60,502 nt of DNA from a virus (lineage: Duplodnaviria > Caudoviricetes). Below the pieces are notes generated by a model. That model had not been told where the DNA came from and did no database searches. It worked only from the letters and a program-made list of their open reading frames with translations. Below are positions 38,801-48,500 of the stretch, one piece after another. The translations under genes and the position numbers were made by a program. Within the stretch, counting starts at the first letter, position 1. Every line of letters starts with the position of its first letter. The stretch covers positions 1-60,502 of the IMG/VR virus record IMGVR_UViG_3300023175_000036, one strand, 5' to 3'.

Positions 38801-39222
38801 GTGTAACCTGCAATAAATTGTAGTTTAGGATATTGGGTTCCGTCTAAAACAAATACATTATTAAATGGACTTTGGGCATTTGTATCTACAGTTACAGTAT
38901 AAGAACCTGTTCCTGTTGTATTGGCAGATGTATGAATAGTATTACAAATGTATAAACCTGATCCATATTTTACAATATCATTATAAATGTATTCTGTATT
39001 TGGTGACCAGTTGCCTCTCCATGCTTGACCGTCTGCTACCAAATTCCATTTTGGTGGTACAATATCAAAATCTGAATAAAAGTCTGCTGAACTACTATGT
39101 CCAATAGTACATATGTACGTCTTACCACCAACGCTTACAACGTCATCTTGATAATATGTTGTAGAAGCGGTCCAATCACCCTTCCAAACAAATCTAATTC
39201 TACCTAGTTTAAACTCTGCCAT
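29896..39222 (-). CDS. Giant multidomain putative virion protein (3108 aa)
   Basis: N-terminal W.G.W...Y...D.V.YGG..Y.C repeats (CBM5/12-like), cupredoxin-like insert, beta-helix-like YYV..G.D..PWKSI.YA segment, helical C.RD repeats, Asp-box S.DG..W repeats. Confidence 0.85.
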   Translation of the reverse strand: MAEFKLGRIRFVWKGDWTASTTYYQDDVVSVGGKTYICTIGHSSSADFYSDFDIVPPKWNLVADGQAWRGNWSPNTEYIYNDIVKYGSGLYICNTIHTSANTTGTGSYTVTVDTNAQSPFNNVFVLDGTQYPKLQFIAGYTYTFNQDDASNDTHPLLFSETQHGIHNGGTEYTTGVTYYLDGSAVADSTAYVAGFDAATTREVRIAVTGATPDPLYYYCANHNNMAVDADIDISLVGLETDAEKWDTFGEGLSWKGDWTTSFGYKLNDIVKYGGTTYVCNTAHTSANSLSLGLENDQSKWDYLNQGLDYKSQWVTGTRYKVNDVVRYGASLWISTASHTAATSFGSDSANWEKFVEGFQYEGEWDAYADYQPGDIVQYGGYQYIAKTDHSGEFPSTSTANWDLFTEGFRFLDDWAADSSNQDYRVGDVVRYGGYTYICIQDHNNQEPPNATYWKKFTSGLNWRGAWLDDQQYFDGDIVRYGDNSYICILGHISEGDDYSSLGGAQNSRPDLDLTGTYWQVVAVGTEQSVLTTKGDLVYYSGSAPARLPIGQDGQILTVNAEGLPNWEFIGDTDDVYYVAGHGKDNPAPIYGKTIDRPWKSIRYATQQIERGTKNPNAAKLLEINRRFIQREIVEWTDYQIANAGVGSMWENLDYDSSMCERDMGYIVDALIWDIKHGGNEYSWDAAYSYVDTGSALYTLGQEDQTIASINYGLSVIENVLNQTAPSVNYQTTNGDNSTAVVAQWFDANISAEDVISHITENVGIITDTIAEGNERSMPKKLVPTTLVKVSTGYYNEVLPIIVPAECCIMGDELRATNVQPRKQGNGTLTPRKDVPFSFKALERMEEIVGDIVEGVAVTATSGNVELQDQTWPYAETDVVGPQVQKLARTVRRQIDSSIGDKIEAIYTPAYELSDANYGYSRDLFLLNKPFIKAEIEAYLADQYPDLMYSKTRCLKDVGLILDAVAYDLTYGGNWMSVETGKAYFNGASGNLQIDSAEKAATLASYAYLKELMQTTGRNITVNPTYQTPSTNGDVSTVPVPQVAGTGGSIAVSTTIGDLMDDIITTIDLGYASAPAITYPTISTDSDAYVLQTAVNADKSTIQTGTIDFISKNFGSFRYNSAICRRDLTNIITDIAYDVALGTNYNGVFSGLAYQRPTNAYNLTGQRKETIGALRYARDQLQADITDATAEARSDAAFNEIVDIIENGSAAADTLSYPVPSSLPTANADDAFNNLEANKAFIEAEITAWIDDQVLENTTTNPDPNSIWFNFTYNSTKCARDVGFIVEAMKYDILYGGTMSTTRIAESYFGIYGDSYPADQTAQTAAAYDRLATVLDQIAREVLVTTSSGNAETQTQSGSPATSTEGNILLANMQIIEDVLTAGNTNSMPAATYPNLASLGVSATLQTEKTAIDNAKAQTILDVVQYISDTYNDFNYNHAKCSRDVGLIIDAAVYDYAMNTNFAGMFAAHSYLRAPSSNVVSDQKTASIAAFEYAKVQVLNAIDGNATAKGINAINNTWDWIDDTIFNATPEGSNKGVADQEVWNAIRMIELNKDFMVSEVQKYVDEWFTVGVSNSTAGTNELTVSDTTWMEQNQAIRFVNLDDSADAITNAGLASGTTYYVKDITSDTTLTISATPGGTAVSLTGEDFITSDVDTGKLRVDIEEIVEGVVYDSYFNTNYNAVTLGLDFVTGDNATQTSNASTEILAGISKAKAETAALKAIRTGNSGTWLTRANAAFDEVTDIVTNGSGNANAYSYTGLTNAALQVRANNSFIVGEVLEWLNQNYNAIYTTMDTAQFTTEIGYVVEALAYDLTYGGNSASWRLANRYFVGNAFISNLDNNRTAGNLAFNYLQSFIDNIVLDDSASWTQLSGGLQDTSNAAGSAADATKAQTLVGIFESAAGSGNNSSFPSKTYPTSNIGAAGIDKIAPALDKAKLIANRTVRYVDKTYSSMFSLEADYDYNLQLCTRDLNEIIFGMKWDLNYPQQWKRAYTDSITLYRPGCYRTKLAARWYVNAVLGSQEEDFYYMRNGTGLRLQTLDGLKGDLGPANAYGTRRPTAGAYSSLDPGWGPNDTRVWITSRSPYMQNCTCFGYGAIGQKIDGALHNGGNDSMVSNDFTQLISDGIGAWITNNGRAELVSVFTYYSHVGYLAENGGRIRATNGNNSYGTFGSVAEGTDPEETPVTGVVDNKFQYNATIAIVNTDADELLNVEFNHAGNEYTEAEIEFFGPGDNEIVLSDEFRDGATYQVQVDETPNVTQGGTGYLNVSNTAQVGSATGLTISATDGNISTAYPGMRVQITGGAGVGLYGIIDTYNAGSKALTVIRESDGAAGWDHVVPGWPWEAPNSTSTYEIEAYVDFTAPAKTSGASTLPTTTTWHANKWIQTAGEYTNVASETESDGFGATFDVIRNGSKYYVTINAAGSDYLRLDTVTIKGSNLDGVDTTHDITVTITSLDANGGIVDFDFTGHGRAGFFLAVGDSSNGAKSYDGINWTAQNVTAPSAGNWSDIATGLLDDGSTTFHPMGTIIVADGSGSIVRTSDGDTWTAGSLPGALSSAGENSIAFGNVSSGVNRFVVISDADQDIAYSDDGGQNWTLQSSALSAIGFDSITYGKGLYVAARTGTTSVAYSDNGVVWQDTTLPGTIAGNVTWGNGRFVVIGGTNGVMYSLDGVNWYNPTIPGAGNLTLPLTATERQVAYGQGVFVITSDDTDEIQYSEDGLYWQAYTLTGGAVTGGFNAVAFGNPEKAGVFSILPNASGTGARYANIGATTKARAGIANEQIFEFRIYEPGSGYTSAPTITITDPNNIEDVTPVVRIGNGALANPTFIHRGSGYTSSTASLNVLASNGSADFNQYGAYIAVRQLTSRPVPGSNVIFDSLPGQFFKLVSTVSFIGSNDGSYTAFLQISPSMTVTDAPVDGDPVTMRIRFSQVRLTGHDFLDIGTGNFVDTNYPGVPVNDPVQSNETVDSDGGRVFYTATDQDGNFRVGDLFQVEQATGVATLNAEAFNIAGLQELTLGEVTLGGNSASITEFSTDPFFTANSDTIVPTQRAIKAYIESQIGGGGATLVVNSVTAGDIFIGGTQITTVSGSPINIRANVVFSGTVLGYPLAWNYFQR
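33280..37400 (-). repeat. Degenerate helical protein repeats N..FI..E...C.RD.G.I..A..YD...GGN
   Basis: About eight recognisable copies in the translation of 29896-39222. Confidence 0.75.
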
Positions 39223-39274
39223 TTGTCTTTAACTCCAAGTTACTGTATTTATCCATTGCCGTTATCTGTGCATT

Positions 39275-42200
39275 TTATTGCACTGACTCATCTGGACCTT
39301 TCATTAATTGTTGCATCAAGTAAATTGTTCCTTGAACTGCAACTGGTTTAGTTGTTTCAATACCAAATTCGTCTTCCTCAGTATAAGTTCCAAAAATGTC
39401 TACATCAACTGGAAAATTAATATACCCATCTGATGCACTATCAATAATATTATCAATAGTACCAATTTTAACCTGTCCTGCCTGGACTGCGTTTGTTTCA
39501 AGGTTTTCACCACCAACACTTAATCTATCTGCAAGGAATGATGCAATAGCTCGTTGTGTTGGCACAACGTTATTTGAATCTTCAGCAAATGTTGGATCTG
39601 TTGAAAATTCTCTAATTACTGTTCCTGAACCGCCTAATCGAACTCCACCTAGTGCTAGTTCGCTCAAACCGTCTAAGTCAAAGTAATCAGCACTAATAGT
39701 AACAATACCTGTTGCCTGTTGTACTGAAAACAGTTCACCAGTTCTAAAGTTACCATCTTGGTCTGTACTTACATAAAATACTCGTCCGCCGTCTTGTTCT
39801 AGCACTTCGTTCTCAGGTGCTGCTACAAAATAGTTACCCCCTGCATAAATGTCAGGATAGTTTGTTGATTCAAAGTTTCCTGTACCAACGTCTAGGAAGT
39901 CATGTCCCGAAATACGACATTGACTGTAACGACTTCTTAGTGTTACTGCGGTTCCGTGTTCTAAGTTATATTCATTTCGTAGTCTAGGTGAAACTCTAAA
40001 CTGTACAAGTCTTGTACCATTTCCAGTGCCATCATCTCCTAAATCTTCAATTTCAATACCTGCAAAAAGTTTTAAATCGTCTGGATCTGCTGTTTCTTCG
40101 TCTAGTACAGTATCAATCCTAATTTGAACACCTGGTCCAGGAATTGTTGTTACCCCTGCTAGTGTTAGATATCCTTCTTCAGGAATAATATCTGCATATC
40201 CGTCACCACTAATTGTAACTGTTGTACTTGTTACACGATAGCCGCCGCCTCTATTTACAAAGTCTGGCTGTGCTATTACTCCGTTGCCAATTCTGTTATC
40301 AGTTTCAACTTCTGAAACAAATTGGTTATCTGTTACTGTTAATACCATAGGATTGTCAACTTCGTCATAACCACTACCTGGATCCCATATTAACATATTT
40401 GTAAACGCACCTTGACCAATTTGCGCTCTTAATTTTGCTTGACAACCTGTTTTAACATGCTGTAATCCGCCAGTTGCATTTTGTGCTAATACTACAAACA
40501 ACGATTCGTTATTAATACGTGCTTGAGCAATAGCTTGCCATTTATACGATAAATTAAGAGTTCTTGTTGTCCAATTAATTCCATCTTCAGAAGTAACACA
40601 TTCGTCGTGTCCTTCAAGAACAATACCTCCTGCAACTACTTGAGAAGCCCAACCAATACTAAAGAATACACCTTGTGCATAAATTCCGTTTTTAACATTA
40701 AACGCTCCGCTATCACTAGCACTACCGCCAGCTGTCCAGGTTACACCTTTGTCTAACGAATATGCTGTAGTTCCGTCTTCTGCAATAGCAACAAATCTAT
40801 TTTTACCATAAAGCAATCTTATCCATGCTGTATTTGCTGCTGGAAGAACAGCGTTTTGCAATGTCCAAGTAATACCATCGTCTGATGTTGCAACATCTTG
40901 TGTTGCACCACTTGTTACAGCAACAAATGTTCCTTGACCGTAAGCAACAACTGCCCAATCATCTGATTGCGGCATTGCAGTTTGTGTAAATGAAAGGCCG
41001 CCGTCTGTACTATAAAGTGCTTCGGCTGAGTTAGTTCCTACTAATACAAATGTATTTTTACCATATGCTGCATCTGACCATTCTCTTGTTATAGGTAAAC
41101 TTCTAGTAGTCCACGTTTCAGCAGTTAATGAATAGCTGTAAGTGTTTAATCCAGATGCAAATGCTAAGAACTTGTTATCTTCTGCTAATACCTTAATGTA
41201 ATTGTCTGCGCCTGCATCAAAACTTAAATTAGCATTTTGCCATACTTCGCCATCTGCACTGAATGATAACGTAGATTTATTATCAATAGCTACAAAAAGT
41301 CCTCCAATTGGTGTACCAGTATATGTAAACGCATCAATACTGTTCGAGCTGTCGTCTGTTACTGCTGTTACTGTAATTATAATATCATTTGTTCCTGACG
41401 CTCCGCCTAAATTAGCACCATCTAGTGTAATACTATCCCCTACTGCATATCCTGCTCCTGGATTTATAGCAGTTACAGTGTAAGTAGGTCCTTCTCTATT
41501 AACACGCCATGTTGAATTAATTGGATCAAGTCCAAATGTTTCGCCTGTACCTGTTTGTCCAATAAGTCCATTATATAATGCAGAAGTACCACCAAATGCT
41601 GCTGATACAAATGTTTTATCTACAATAGTTTTATTTTCACTAGAGTATCCTGGATGATTTGCTATAACCCTTGGTTCAAATCTGTAATTTGTAGTTGGAT
41701 CAAATGTTGCTTCTAAAGGATAGCCTGGAACAATATGATCCCATCCTGGAGTACCATCGCTGTCTTTAGCAACAGTTACTACCCTTGACACTGCATTATA
41801 GTTTGTAACATAACCGTATTGACCTGCTCCTGTACCTGAAAGAATAATAATTCTCATTCCTTGAATTTCTGAAAGGAATTGTGTGTCATCTGATTGTGAA
41901 ATAATAATACTTGAAGATGCATCTGGAGTATCTTGTGCATAACCCTGTCTTGTTAGGTAGTTACTACCACCTTCTCTACCTGATCCTGAAGTATTAATTA
42001 ATCGAGCATTAAACAATGCACCATCTCTAAAGTCTGTAAACTCTGTTTCATCTTGAGCGCCAGCACCTACTACTGATGCAGTAGCAGTTGTATAGTTTTC
42101 ACCTGTATTTGAATATTCAAATGCTAAAATTCTGTCGTCGCTTAAACCTGAAAATACTGCTTCAACTTGTGCTTCGTTGTTTCTATTCATTAGTGTACAA

Positions 42201-44776
42201 GACTGAGGTGTTTCGGTAGGGTCACCGCCTGCTGAAATGCTACCAAATCTACCATATGAGTTGTTACCATTTGTAGCACGTATAACACCACCTGATTCTG
42301 CAAGGTATCCTACAGAACAATAATATGTAAACACCGATACAAGTTCGCATCTTGCATTGTTTAATACCCACGCACCAACACCGTCACTTAAAACTTGTGT
42401 AAAGTCGTTTGCAACCATTGAACGTAAACCGCCGTTATGTAGGTTACCGTCAATTTTACAACCCGAGCAAGCAGTACCAAAGTTAGTTACACCTTGCATA
42501 TATGGCGATCTGTTTACAATCCATGTACGCTCGTCGTCTGGACCCCAACCCGGATCAAGTGCTACAAGAGCACCACCTGTAGGTCTTTGATACAAATCAA
42601 ATACACCCGGAGGGTTAAGTGTACCTGTTAATCCTTCGGTAGTACAACTTCTTAAACCGGTTGTGTCTCTCATACGGAATAAGTCATCTAATTGAGATCC
42701 AAGTGCTGAGTTAGCATAACGTCTTGCTGCATATAATGTTCTATGATTTCCTTCATATTTTAAATCATATGCTATACCTCTAATCATCGCTTGCACATCT
42801 GCCATTTGATAACGTTTTGTAAATGTTATTGTTGGATTGTTTTCAACTAATCTTGCATAAACTTCTTCTGCAATAAATTTTTTGTTTGCAAACAACTGTT
42901 GATAAGCTGCTATTCTTGCAGTATCTGTTGCTAGTATATTAGTTCCGTATTCTACAGGATCTACAGTGCCATTTTCAGATGGCAATCTAAATTCAATAAA
43001 TTCTTCGTATTGATCTATTAAGTCTAATATAACTTGTGCAGTAGGTTGGTCAGATGCAACACCAACAAGTGTTTGAGTTGCTGGGTTATTTGGATGTTTT
43101 TCAATTCTTACGTTTGAGATAATATCTAAAATAAATTCACTAATATATACATCAAGCTGTTTAGTATATTGATAGTTATTTGTATATTCATTAATAGCAG
43201 GAGTAGCAACAATAGTAGTTGCACGTAGTTCATCTCCCATAACAACAGTTCCTGCTGGAACTACAATAGGTCCAACTTCTTCAAATCTTCCTGCTGCTAC
43301 AAAAATTTTAGCAGGTGTTCCTGCAGGGAATGTATCTTCAATATATTCACATGCATGTCTAATAGTTCTAAATGCGTTTTTCCATCCTAATCCTGTTCCG
43401 TCTACATCGTCACCTTTAGTTGAAACATAAACTGCTTCTGCATCATATGCAAAGTTTCTCCAAAATGCTTCATAATCTTCTGTTACAGACAATGATTGTG
43501 TTTTGTCACCAATTCCTAATGCAATGTCTCCTAATGAACTTCCGTCTGATGTTGTTCCATAAGTAAGTAGATCTGCTTTAGTCTGCATTCCTGCTGGACG
43601 ACCTGCTTGAATTGCTAAATCCCAAAAATCATAGCCGCTTCCGTTATCAGGAGCATTGTCCATAGTAGCAACATGTTCGTATGTACATTTGTAAGCACTA
43701 CCTTTGTAATATACTACTTCGCCTACAGCAAATTGAGAACCTTGTTCCCAGTTTTCTGACCATTTATTACCTGTAGCAACTAATTCCCACTGACTGTCGT
43801 CTAAATAATCTAAAGTACTATCGCTTCCGTCAGATATATTAACGTCTTTTAATGCTCTGTAAAGGTAGCCGCCTCTTAATACTAGTTCACCTGTTTTATA
43901 TCGTGAACCGTATACATATTCTCCTGCAAAACTAGAATTTTTTGCCAGTATTTCCCAAGCAGTTGTACTATCTCCTGCACTTCTACTTGGGTCAACATCT
44001 TTATTGTTTGCTGTTGCAAAGTAAACATAGCCACCGTAGCGTACAACATCACCTTCTTGATAGTCTGTTTCAGAGTCCCAAACTAATAAGTTTGCTTGAG
44101 TGCCCGGAAACTCTAATTGAAATTTTGTTAAATCTAAAACTAAAGTGTTAGCAGTATGTGTTTCTGTACAACGATAAATGTTTGCACCATAACGTACTAA
44201 ATCATTTTTGCGATAATTATCTCCAGCTATCCAATCACTTTTATATTCTATGCCTTCTTTAAATAATTCCCAATCGTTAATATTATTTTCTAAAGTTCCG
44301 CCTGCGCTGTGAGCATTTTTACACTGATAAACATTACCATTATATTTTACAATGCCGCCTTTGGCATAAGTTGTTCCACTTTGCCAATCACCAACAAACT
44401 TTTGCCCTATTGCAAAGATTTCCCAATAACCTATTTCACTTGAAAAACTTCCTGCAAAGTGAGAATCAGTACATAGATAAAGTGTACCGTTAAATATTAC
44501 AATATCGCCTAAGTTATATGCTGTTCCTTGTGTCCAAATACCTATAAAAGTTTTGCCACTGGTCATTACTATCCAATGTGGATATGGTTGTGGTGGATTT
44601 GATCCTGGCAGAGTTGCTTCTAATTCGTTTTGGAAGGCACCGGTTGAAGTATGAGTTACAATACAAACATAACTTTTACCGTTTACTCTAACAATGTCGT
44701 CACGTAGATATTCAGTAGAAGGTGTCCAATCACCTCTCCATATATATTTAAATTTGTCTAACTTAAACTCTGCCAT
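39275..44776 (-). CDS. Giant putative virion protein (1833 aa), paralogue of 29896-39222
   Basis: Same MAEFKL start, W.G.W repeats, RSPYMQ..NDFTQ..ELVSVFTYY..RATNGNNSYG core, GHDFLD.GTGNF and C-terminal VPTQRAI. Confidence 0.85.
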   Translation of the reverse strand: MAEFKLDKFKYIWRGDWTPSTEYLRDDIVRVNGKSYVCIVTHTSTGAFQNELEATLPGSNPPQPYPHWIVMTSGKTFIGIWTQGTAYNLGDIVIFNGTLYLCTDSHFAGSFSSEIGYWEIFAIGQKFVGDWQSGTTYAKGGIVKYNGNVYQCKNAHSAGGTLENNINDWELFKEGIEYKSDWIAGDNYRKNDLVRYGANIYRCTETHTANTLVLDLTKFQLEFPGTQANLLVWDSETDYQEGDVVRYGGYVYFATANNKDVDPSRSAGDSTTAWEILAKNSSFAGEYVYGSRYKTGELVLRGGYLYRALKDVNISDGSDSTLDYLDDSQWELVATGNKWSENWEQGSQFAVGEVVYYKGSAYKCTYEHVATMDNAPDNGSGYDFWDLAIQAGRPAGMQTKADLLTYGTTSDGSSLGDIALGIGDKTQSLSVTEDYEAFWRNFAYDAEAVYVSTKGDDVDGTGLGWKNAFRTIRHACEYIEDTFPAGTPAKIFVAAGRFEEVGPIVVPAGTVVMGDELRATTIVATPAINEYTNNYQYTKQLDVYISEFILDIISNVRIEKHPNNPATQTLVGVASDQPTAQVILDLIDQYEEFIEFRLPSENGTVDPVEYGTNILATDTARIAAYQQLFANKKFIAEEVYARLVENNPTITFTKRYQMADVQAMIRGIAYDLKYEGNHRTLYAARRYANSALGSQLDDLFRMRDTTGLRSCTTEGLTGTLNPPGVFDLYQRPTGGALVALDPGWGPDDERTWIVNRSPYMQGVTNFGTACSGCKIDGNLHNGGLRSMVANDFTQVLSDGVGAWVLNNARCELVSVFTYYCSVGYLAESGGVIRATNGNNSYGRFGSISAGGDPTETPQSCTLMNRNNEAQVEAVFSGLSDDRILAFEYSNTGENYTTATASVVGAGAQDETEFTDFRDGALFNARLINTSGSGREGGSNYLTRQGYAQDTPDASSSIIISQSDDTQFLSEIQGMRIIILSGTGAGQYGYVTNYNAVSRVVTVAKDSDGTPGWDHIVPGYPLEATFDPTTNYRFEPRVIANHPGYSSENKTIVDKTFVSAAFGGTSALYNGLIGQTGTGETFGLDPINSTWRVNREGPTYTVTAINPGAGYAVGDSITLDGANLGGASGTNDIIITVTAVTDDSSNSIDAFTYTGTPIGGLFVAIDNKSTLSFSADGEVWQNANLSFDAGADNYIKVLAEDNKFLAFASGLNTYSYSLTAETWTTRSLPITREWSDAAYGKNTFVLVGTNSAEALYSTDGGLSFTQTAMPQSDDWAVVAYGQGTFVAVTSGATQDVATSDDGITWTLQNAVLPAANTAWIRLLYGKNRFVAIAEDGTTAYSLDKGVTWTAGGSASDSGAFNVKNGIYAQGVFFSIGWASQVVAGGIVLEGHDECVTSEDGINWTTRTLNLSYKWQAIAQARINNESLFVVLAQNATGGLQHVKTGCQAKLRAQIGQGAFTNMLIWDPGSGYDEVDNPMVLTVTDNQFVSEVETDNRIGNGVIAQPDFVNRGGGYRVTSTTVTISGDGYADIIPEEGYLTLAGVTTIPGPGVQIRIDTVLDEETADPDDLKLFAGIEIEDLGDDGTGNGTRLVQFRVSPRLRNEYNLEHGTAVTLRSRYSQCRISGHDFLDVGTGNFESTNYPDIYAGGNYFVAAPENEVLEQDGGRVFYVSTDQDGNFRTGELFSVQQATGIVTISADYFDLDGLSELALGGVRLGGSGTVIREFSTDPTFAEDSNNVVPTQRAIASFLADRLSVGGENLETNAVQAGQVKIGTIDNIIDSASDGYINFPVDVDIFGTYTEEDEFGIETTKPVAVQGTIYLMQQLMKGPDESVQ

Positions 44777-44786
44777 TTTCTATCCC

Positions 44787-45194
44787 TTATTTTTTCACCT
44801 GATCGTCTACGCCTTCGCCATAACCAGGTGTAGAAATGTTTTCAGGATAATTATATCCTTCCGAAATTCTCATAATAAATTGTCCATCTGTTGGATCAAT
44901 GTAATAAACTAAAGATCTACCGTCCCATCTAATTTGTGGGTATCTTAAGTTTGGATATCGAATGTTCTTATCAGCATCAATGCCATCTAAAAAGTCAATA
45001 CCTTCTTCAAAATCTAAAAAGTTATTTGCCGATACACCAATGTCGTTAATAACAGCAACGTTATCTGCACCTTGTAATTGGTCTACACGAATTAGGTATA
45101 ACTCACCATCTTCGTTTCTACGAAGTCCGTAAAAATATCTTTTAATAAATCCGTCTAAAACGTCTTGGGGGTTATTACCTACATAATACGTCAT
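44787..45194 (-). CDS. Hypothetical protein
   Basis: 135-aa ORF coupled to the upstream gene within the operon. Confidence 0.7.
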   Translation of the reverse strand: MTYYVGNNPQDVLDGFIKRYFYGLRRNEDGELYLIRVDQLQGADNVAVINDIGVSANNFLDFEEGIDFLDGIDADKNIRYPNLRYPQIRWDGRSLVYYIDPTDGQFIMRISEGYNYPENISTPGYGEGVDDQVKK

Positions 45195-45523
45195 TATACA
45201 ATCTCCACAAAGCTCATGACAACATCAACACTATCGTCAACACTAGCACGAACTTGTATTTTATTATTTGATGCTAAAATTAATTTTTCACCTTGGTTTA
45301 CTACACGCAATGCTGTGTTTGCTGGCAAAACTGTGTCTTTTAAATAGTATCCTGTTACACTAGTATCGTCTTGTATTAAAACATCTACATATACGAACGA
45401 ACTAGTTAAGTTAGTTAAACTTAATCCAATAACAGTTGATCGAGTACTTGCATCAGTCTCATAAATGTCAACAGGTAGTGTTCCTACTTGTTTTACTACT
45501 TTATTTTTAAATAGTGTTGCCAT
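45194..45523 (-). CDS. Small beta-rich putative virion protein
   Basis: IY..VIGLSLTN..VLPANTAL..GEKLIL..SFVEI. Confidence 0.7.
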   Translation of the reverse strand: MATLFKNKVVKQVGTLPVDIYETDASTRSTVIGLSLTNLTSSFVYVDVLIQDDTSVTGYYLKDTVLPANTALRVVNQGEKLILASNNKIQVRASVDDSVDVVMSFVEIV

Positions 45524-45529
45524 ATTCTT

Positions 45530-48500
45530 TTATCCTAAACTCAATACAATTTCAAACGCAAGTTCTTCAGCTTCTGCTCTACTAATACCACTCGAAGTAC
45601 CTGCAACAGACACCCAGTTAGCACCGTCGTAAATTTCTGTACGCTGAGCATCTGTGTTCCAGCGCATTTGACCTGTTTCAGTGTATGCAAGCGGGGGTCT
45701 ATTTGCGTTGCCGCCGACCGGTATAACCATACCGTATGTTCCGTCAAACTTAACATAACCATTATCTGTTTCTTCAAAAACAGTAACAGCGTTTGACACT
45801 GTGTTAGAAATAGTGTTATTTTTAATAGAAATGTTATCAATTTTAACACTACCTGTACCGTTTGCAGACAATACTAAATCAGTATTTGCTGTTACTGTAC
45901 TTATCACATTACCGTCAACCTGAATGTCATCTACGGTTATTTTTAGAGCATTTAACCTAGTTGAATCTATATCAACTGTTAAGTTTCCGTCGTTGTAAAA
46001 TCTAATAACATTGTCATTAGCACCTTCAGTAAGCTCTGCTGTTACTCTAGTATTGCCATCTAAATCTTCAACGCCTTTAAGATTAATCCAATTAGTTCCG
46101 TTATATCCTTCAAAACGGTTTAACTCACTATTATAACGTATTTGTCCTGCTACTGCTGTTGGGCGTTCTGCTGTTGTTCCTATTGGCAACCTTAGTGAAC
46201 CTGTAGCATCAATAATTGTTAATCCTGAACTAGGAGCAAGAGTCATATCTCCACTAGTACTAATTGTAGCATCATTAATATCAAATGTGTCAATTATAAT
46301 GCTACCTGTACCACTAGCACGTAATTCTAAATCTGAATTACTTGTGGTTGTAGTAATAAAATTATCGTCTACAAGTATATCACCTGTATAAAAAGTATTT
46401 GCTTGTATTTGTCCCGTACTTACGATATCACCAACTGTTAGTGTTCCATTAACAGTTAAATTTCCGTTAATGTCAACATCATTATTTGGTATAACTACTT
46501 GACCTGCACCATTGGCACGTAATTCTAAATCTGAATTTGATAGTGTAGTTTCTAATACATTGCCTGCAATTTGTATATTTTCAAACTGTACTGCTCCAGC
46601 AATAGTAATATTTCCATCAACATCTAATGCTCCAGTTAAATTATAGTCGCCTGTTTGTGTAACATTACCTGTTTGTGTAACATTACCAACAATATTAGTT
46701 CCTTTAAGAGTTGTAGTTCCATTAACTGTTAAATCTTGTTCGATAGTAACATCATTACTTGGAATATAAACTTCACCTGTACCACTAGCACGTAGTTCTA
46801 AGTTGCTATTACTTGTAGTTGTAGTAATAAAGTTATCATCAATTAAAATGTCACCAGTGCTAAATCTGTTAGCAGTAATTGTGCCTGCTGAATTAATATC
46901 GCCTACAGTAATTGTGCCGTCAACATATAAATCATTTGTAATATGAACATCATTATTTGGAACAAGCACTTCGCCTGTTCCTGCTGCACGTAATTCTAAG
47001 TCACTGTTTGATTCTGTTGTAGTAACAACATTATTTGTAATGTTTACATTTTCAAACTGTGCAACACTTGAAACGGTTACAGTACCAGTAACATCATAGT
47101 TACCTGTTAAATTAATATTACCTGTTTGTGTAGTACTTCCGGCGTGTGTTACAGTACCAGTAATTGTAGTATTTTGTAAATCAGTTACACCACTAACTGT
47201 TAAATCATTATCAATTTGTACATTGTTAGTTGGAACATATATTTCACCAGTTCCACTAGCACGTAGCTCTAAGTTTGAATTTGAAGAAGTTGTAGTGATA
47301 AAATTGTCGTCAATTAGAATATCACCAGTAGTAAACGTATTAGCAGTAACAGTACCTGCACTATTAATATTGCCTACAGTAATTGTACCATCAACTGATA
47401 AATCATTTACAATATGTAAATTATTGTTTGGAATTAATATGTCGCCGGTGCCACTAGCACGTAATTCTAAATCTGTATTAGAAGTAGTTGTAGTAATAAC
47501 GTTATCATCAATTAAAATTTCTTCAAATTGAGCAATGCTTGAAACGGTTAATGTTCCACCAACAGTAACATTAGCAGTAATTGTATAATCACCTGTTTGT
47601 GTAATATCACCTGTAATGCTAACATTACCAGTTAGTGTAGTATCACCTAGAGTTGCGTCTCCATTAACTACTAAATCATTAGTAATTCTAACATCGTTAT
47701 TTGGAATTAATATTTCACCAGTGCCACTTGCTCTTAACTCTAAATCTGAATTACTATTTGTAGTAGCAATAAAGTTATCTTCAATTAGTATATTACCGTT
47801 GCTAATTTCGCCAGCAATATCAAAGTTGCCAGTTTGTACAACATTTCCTGTATGTGTAATTGTTCCTGTAATTGTAGTATTTTGTAAATCAGTTGCACCA
47901 CTTACAGTTAGTGCTTGACTAAATGTAACATTATTAGTTGGAACAATTATACTTCCACTACCACTAGCACGTAAGTCTAAATTACTGTTTGAAAGTGTTG
48001 TTTCAACTGTGTTACCATTTATCTGAATGTCGCCATTTGTCCAACTACCAGCAATTATATAATTACCTGTTTGTGTAGTATCACCAGTATGTGTGATTGT
48101 GCCTGTTACAGTTGTATCTTGTAAATCAGTTGCTCCACTAACAGTTAAGTTGTTATCAATTTGTACGTTATTGTTTGGAACAAGTATTTCGCCAGTACCA
48201 CTTGCTCTTAGTTCTAAGTTTGAGTTACTAGCAGTTGTAGTAATAAAATTATCTTCAATGTAAATGTCACCGTTAGTCCATTCGCCTAACAATGTAACAT
48301 TACCTGTTTGCGTAGTATTTCCAACGTGTGTTAGTGTTCCAGTAATCGAAGTACCTTGTAGGCTTGTGTTGCCTTGTACAGTTAAATCTTGTGAAAGTAT
48401 AACATCATTACTTGGAACTAGTATATCACCTGTTCCGTTAGCTCTTAGTTCTAAATCTGCATTTGAAGCAGTTGCTTCAACAGTTGTGCCACTAATTTGT